The notes under the pieces were generated by a model that saw only the letters and a program-made list of their open reading frames with translations, was not told the DNA's origin and did not search any database. DNA of 33,064 bases, taken from NCBI RefSeq assembly GCF_028641065.1, contig NW_026576497.1, positions 62,001 through 95,064 on the forward strand, read 5' to 3'. Within the stretch, counting starts at the first letter, position 1, and each line of letters starts with the position of its first letter. The DNA is from Leucoraja erinacea (lineage: Eukaryota). This document shows positions 31,630 to 33,064 of this stretch, piece after piece. The position numbers and the translations under genes were made by a program.

Positions 31630-32141
31630 GATAAGGCGGTTAGCATGACTTCAATAGTTGGTAAGATTTTTGAAACGATTATTAAAAATGCGGTTCAGTG
31701 CTATCTGGAAGCACATGATAAAATTTGCACGTCAGCGAGAACTAGTCAGGTGGGGGGGGTTCTTGCCCCTGTTGAAATTGTTTGTGATAGCAACAAGCAG
31801 GATGGACAAAGGAAAGTCAGAAATGCAGCTTTCTTGGTGCCGGACGCGAAGCGGATAATTAAAATTGGAATATTGGTGTTAGAGGTGAGGTTTCAGCCTG
31901 GACAGAGGATAGGCTTCCGTTGCAGGGCAAAATATTGGAATACAAGTGATCTTTTCCGCTTGCTGCCTTTGACTAATGGGTCAATGTTGGGTGCACTACT
32001 TTCCCCGTTGTATGTTTACGATCTGGATGATGGAATTGATGGCTGTTGCGGCTGATATCGCGGACCATGCCAAACATAGATGATGGGGCAGGTAGTGTAG
32101 AGTAAGCATGGAGACTGAAAAATTCCTTGAACAGGTTGGAA

Positions 32142-32175
<34 letters not shown>

Positions 32176-32560
32176 GGGCAAAATAAGTGACAGATGGAAT
32201 TCTACACACCACACTATACGGGAATGCACTTTGGCGGAAGGAAGAACGGCGTCTACTATTTTCTAAATGGGGAGAGGATTCAGAAATGGAGGTACAAAGG
32301 GATTTGTGTATGTAGGTGCGGGAATTCCAAAATGTGGATTTGCAGTGTGAATCGTCGTTCAGGGAGACAAATTAAATGTCAGCTTTAATTTCGAGATGAC
32401 TAGAATATAAAAACACGGATGTAATGTAAATGGTAGATGTTTTTTAGGCACTGATTTGATCACATTTGGAATATCGTGAGCACTTTTGTGTCCCGTATCT
32501 GAGGAAGGATATGATGGCTTTGGAGATTACCAAACGGAGGTTTATGCGAATTATTCGGGG
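31630..32560 (+). mobile_element. Highly degenerate CR1 RT fragments
   Basis: VSMTSIVGKIFETIIK, GSMLGALL..YVYDLDDG, MHFGGRKN..YFLNGERI, HLEY...PYLRKD. Confidence 0.75.
32142..32174. repeat. Poly-G run
   Basis: 33 consecutive G. Confidence 0.95.
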
Positions 32561-33064
32561 GGCCATTCGGTCACGCATCAGAAGCGTTTGCTAACTCCAA
32601 GCCTACACACGCTGGACTTGAGAAGGATACGTTCTGCTCTATCTGATCACTCTGATTGAGATTTGAGCAGCATTTGCATAGGCATTTCGTCCTCACGCTC
32701 CAAACTCGGATACTTTCCCACTTTTCTCTGAATTGAGCCTTGCTACATATCGCAGTCTTCACCCGCGCACTTTTCGTTTTCACTTCCAAAGGCGGATTTC
32801 AATTTCCACGGCCGGCCAATGGCCTAACTTTGCTTCTATGCCTCATGGTCTTTGTCTTTGTTTTGGATGTGGGCATAACTGTTAAGGCCAACAGTCATTG
32901 CCCGTTAGAATCAAAAGTAACGATTACAGGCTGTTCAAATGTATTCTGTTCCGACAACGGAACAGTGACATTCTTACTTGTAGATGCACACAGGCCTAGA
33001 AATGCAATATGCTTCATCAGATAACAGAGTCATAGAGTCATGGAGCGATATAAAGCGGAAACAG

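Noticed and set aside
32672-32679. Ig-promoter octamer ATTTGCAT near a hydrophobic stretch (GLTLLLCLMVFVFVL)
   Set aside because: A single 8-mer is expected by chance in 33 kb; the stretch has no ATG at its start, no phase-1 donor and no following V exon in the window.
1-33064. CRISPR arrays, operons or other prokaryotic systems; true tRNA/rRNA genes
   Set aside because: The sequence is vertebrate-type with spliced genes and LINEs; tRNA-like boxes occur only as SINE heads.

Overview
Eukaryotic, repeat-dense genomic DNA. The repeat complement (HER1/CR1-type LINEs with (TTTCTATG)n tails, HE1-type SINEs with (TAAAC)n tails) points to a cartilaginous fish, most likely a skate or ray (inference). 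Most ORF-track entries are pieces of, or antisense to, CR1, L2, L1, Tx1 and Rex1/Babar retroelements, often nested. There are two host genes. (1) A two-exon GPR139/142-like class A GPCR on +: exon 1 at 13346-13415 (missed by the ORF track), exon 2 at 18418-19302 with a frameshift near 18980-18990. (2) An intact T-cell-receptor V segment on - (29896-30201) with a 23-bp-spacer RSS, an extra Cys in CDR1 and no intact adjacent leader exon. These traits match the supporting TCR-delta V of the double-V NAR-TCR receptor. Also seen: a fold-back repeat family with minimal hammerhead-ribozyme cores (Penelope-like), a non-coding repeat family with a covarying hairpin and a Rex1-like tail, and a CR1 with an uninterrupted ORF2. 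Repeat boundaries were read by eye and are approximate unless a TSD or tail is quoted.
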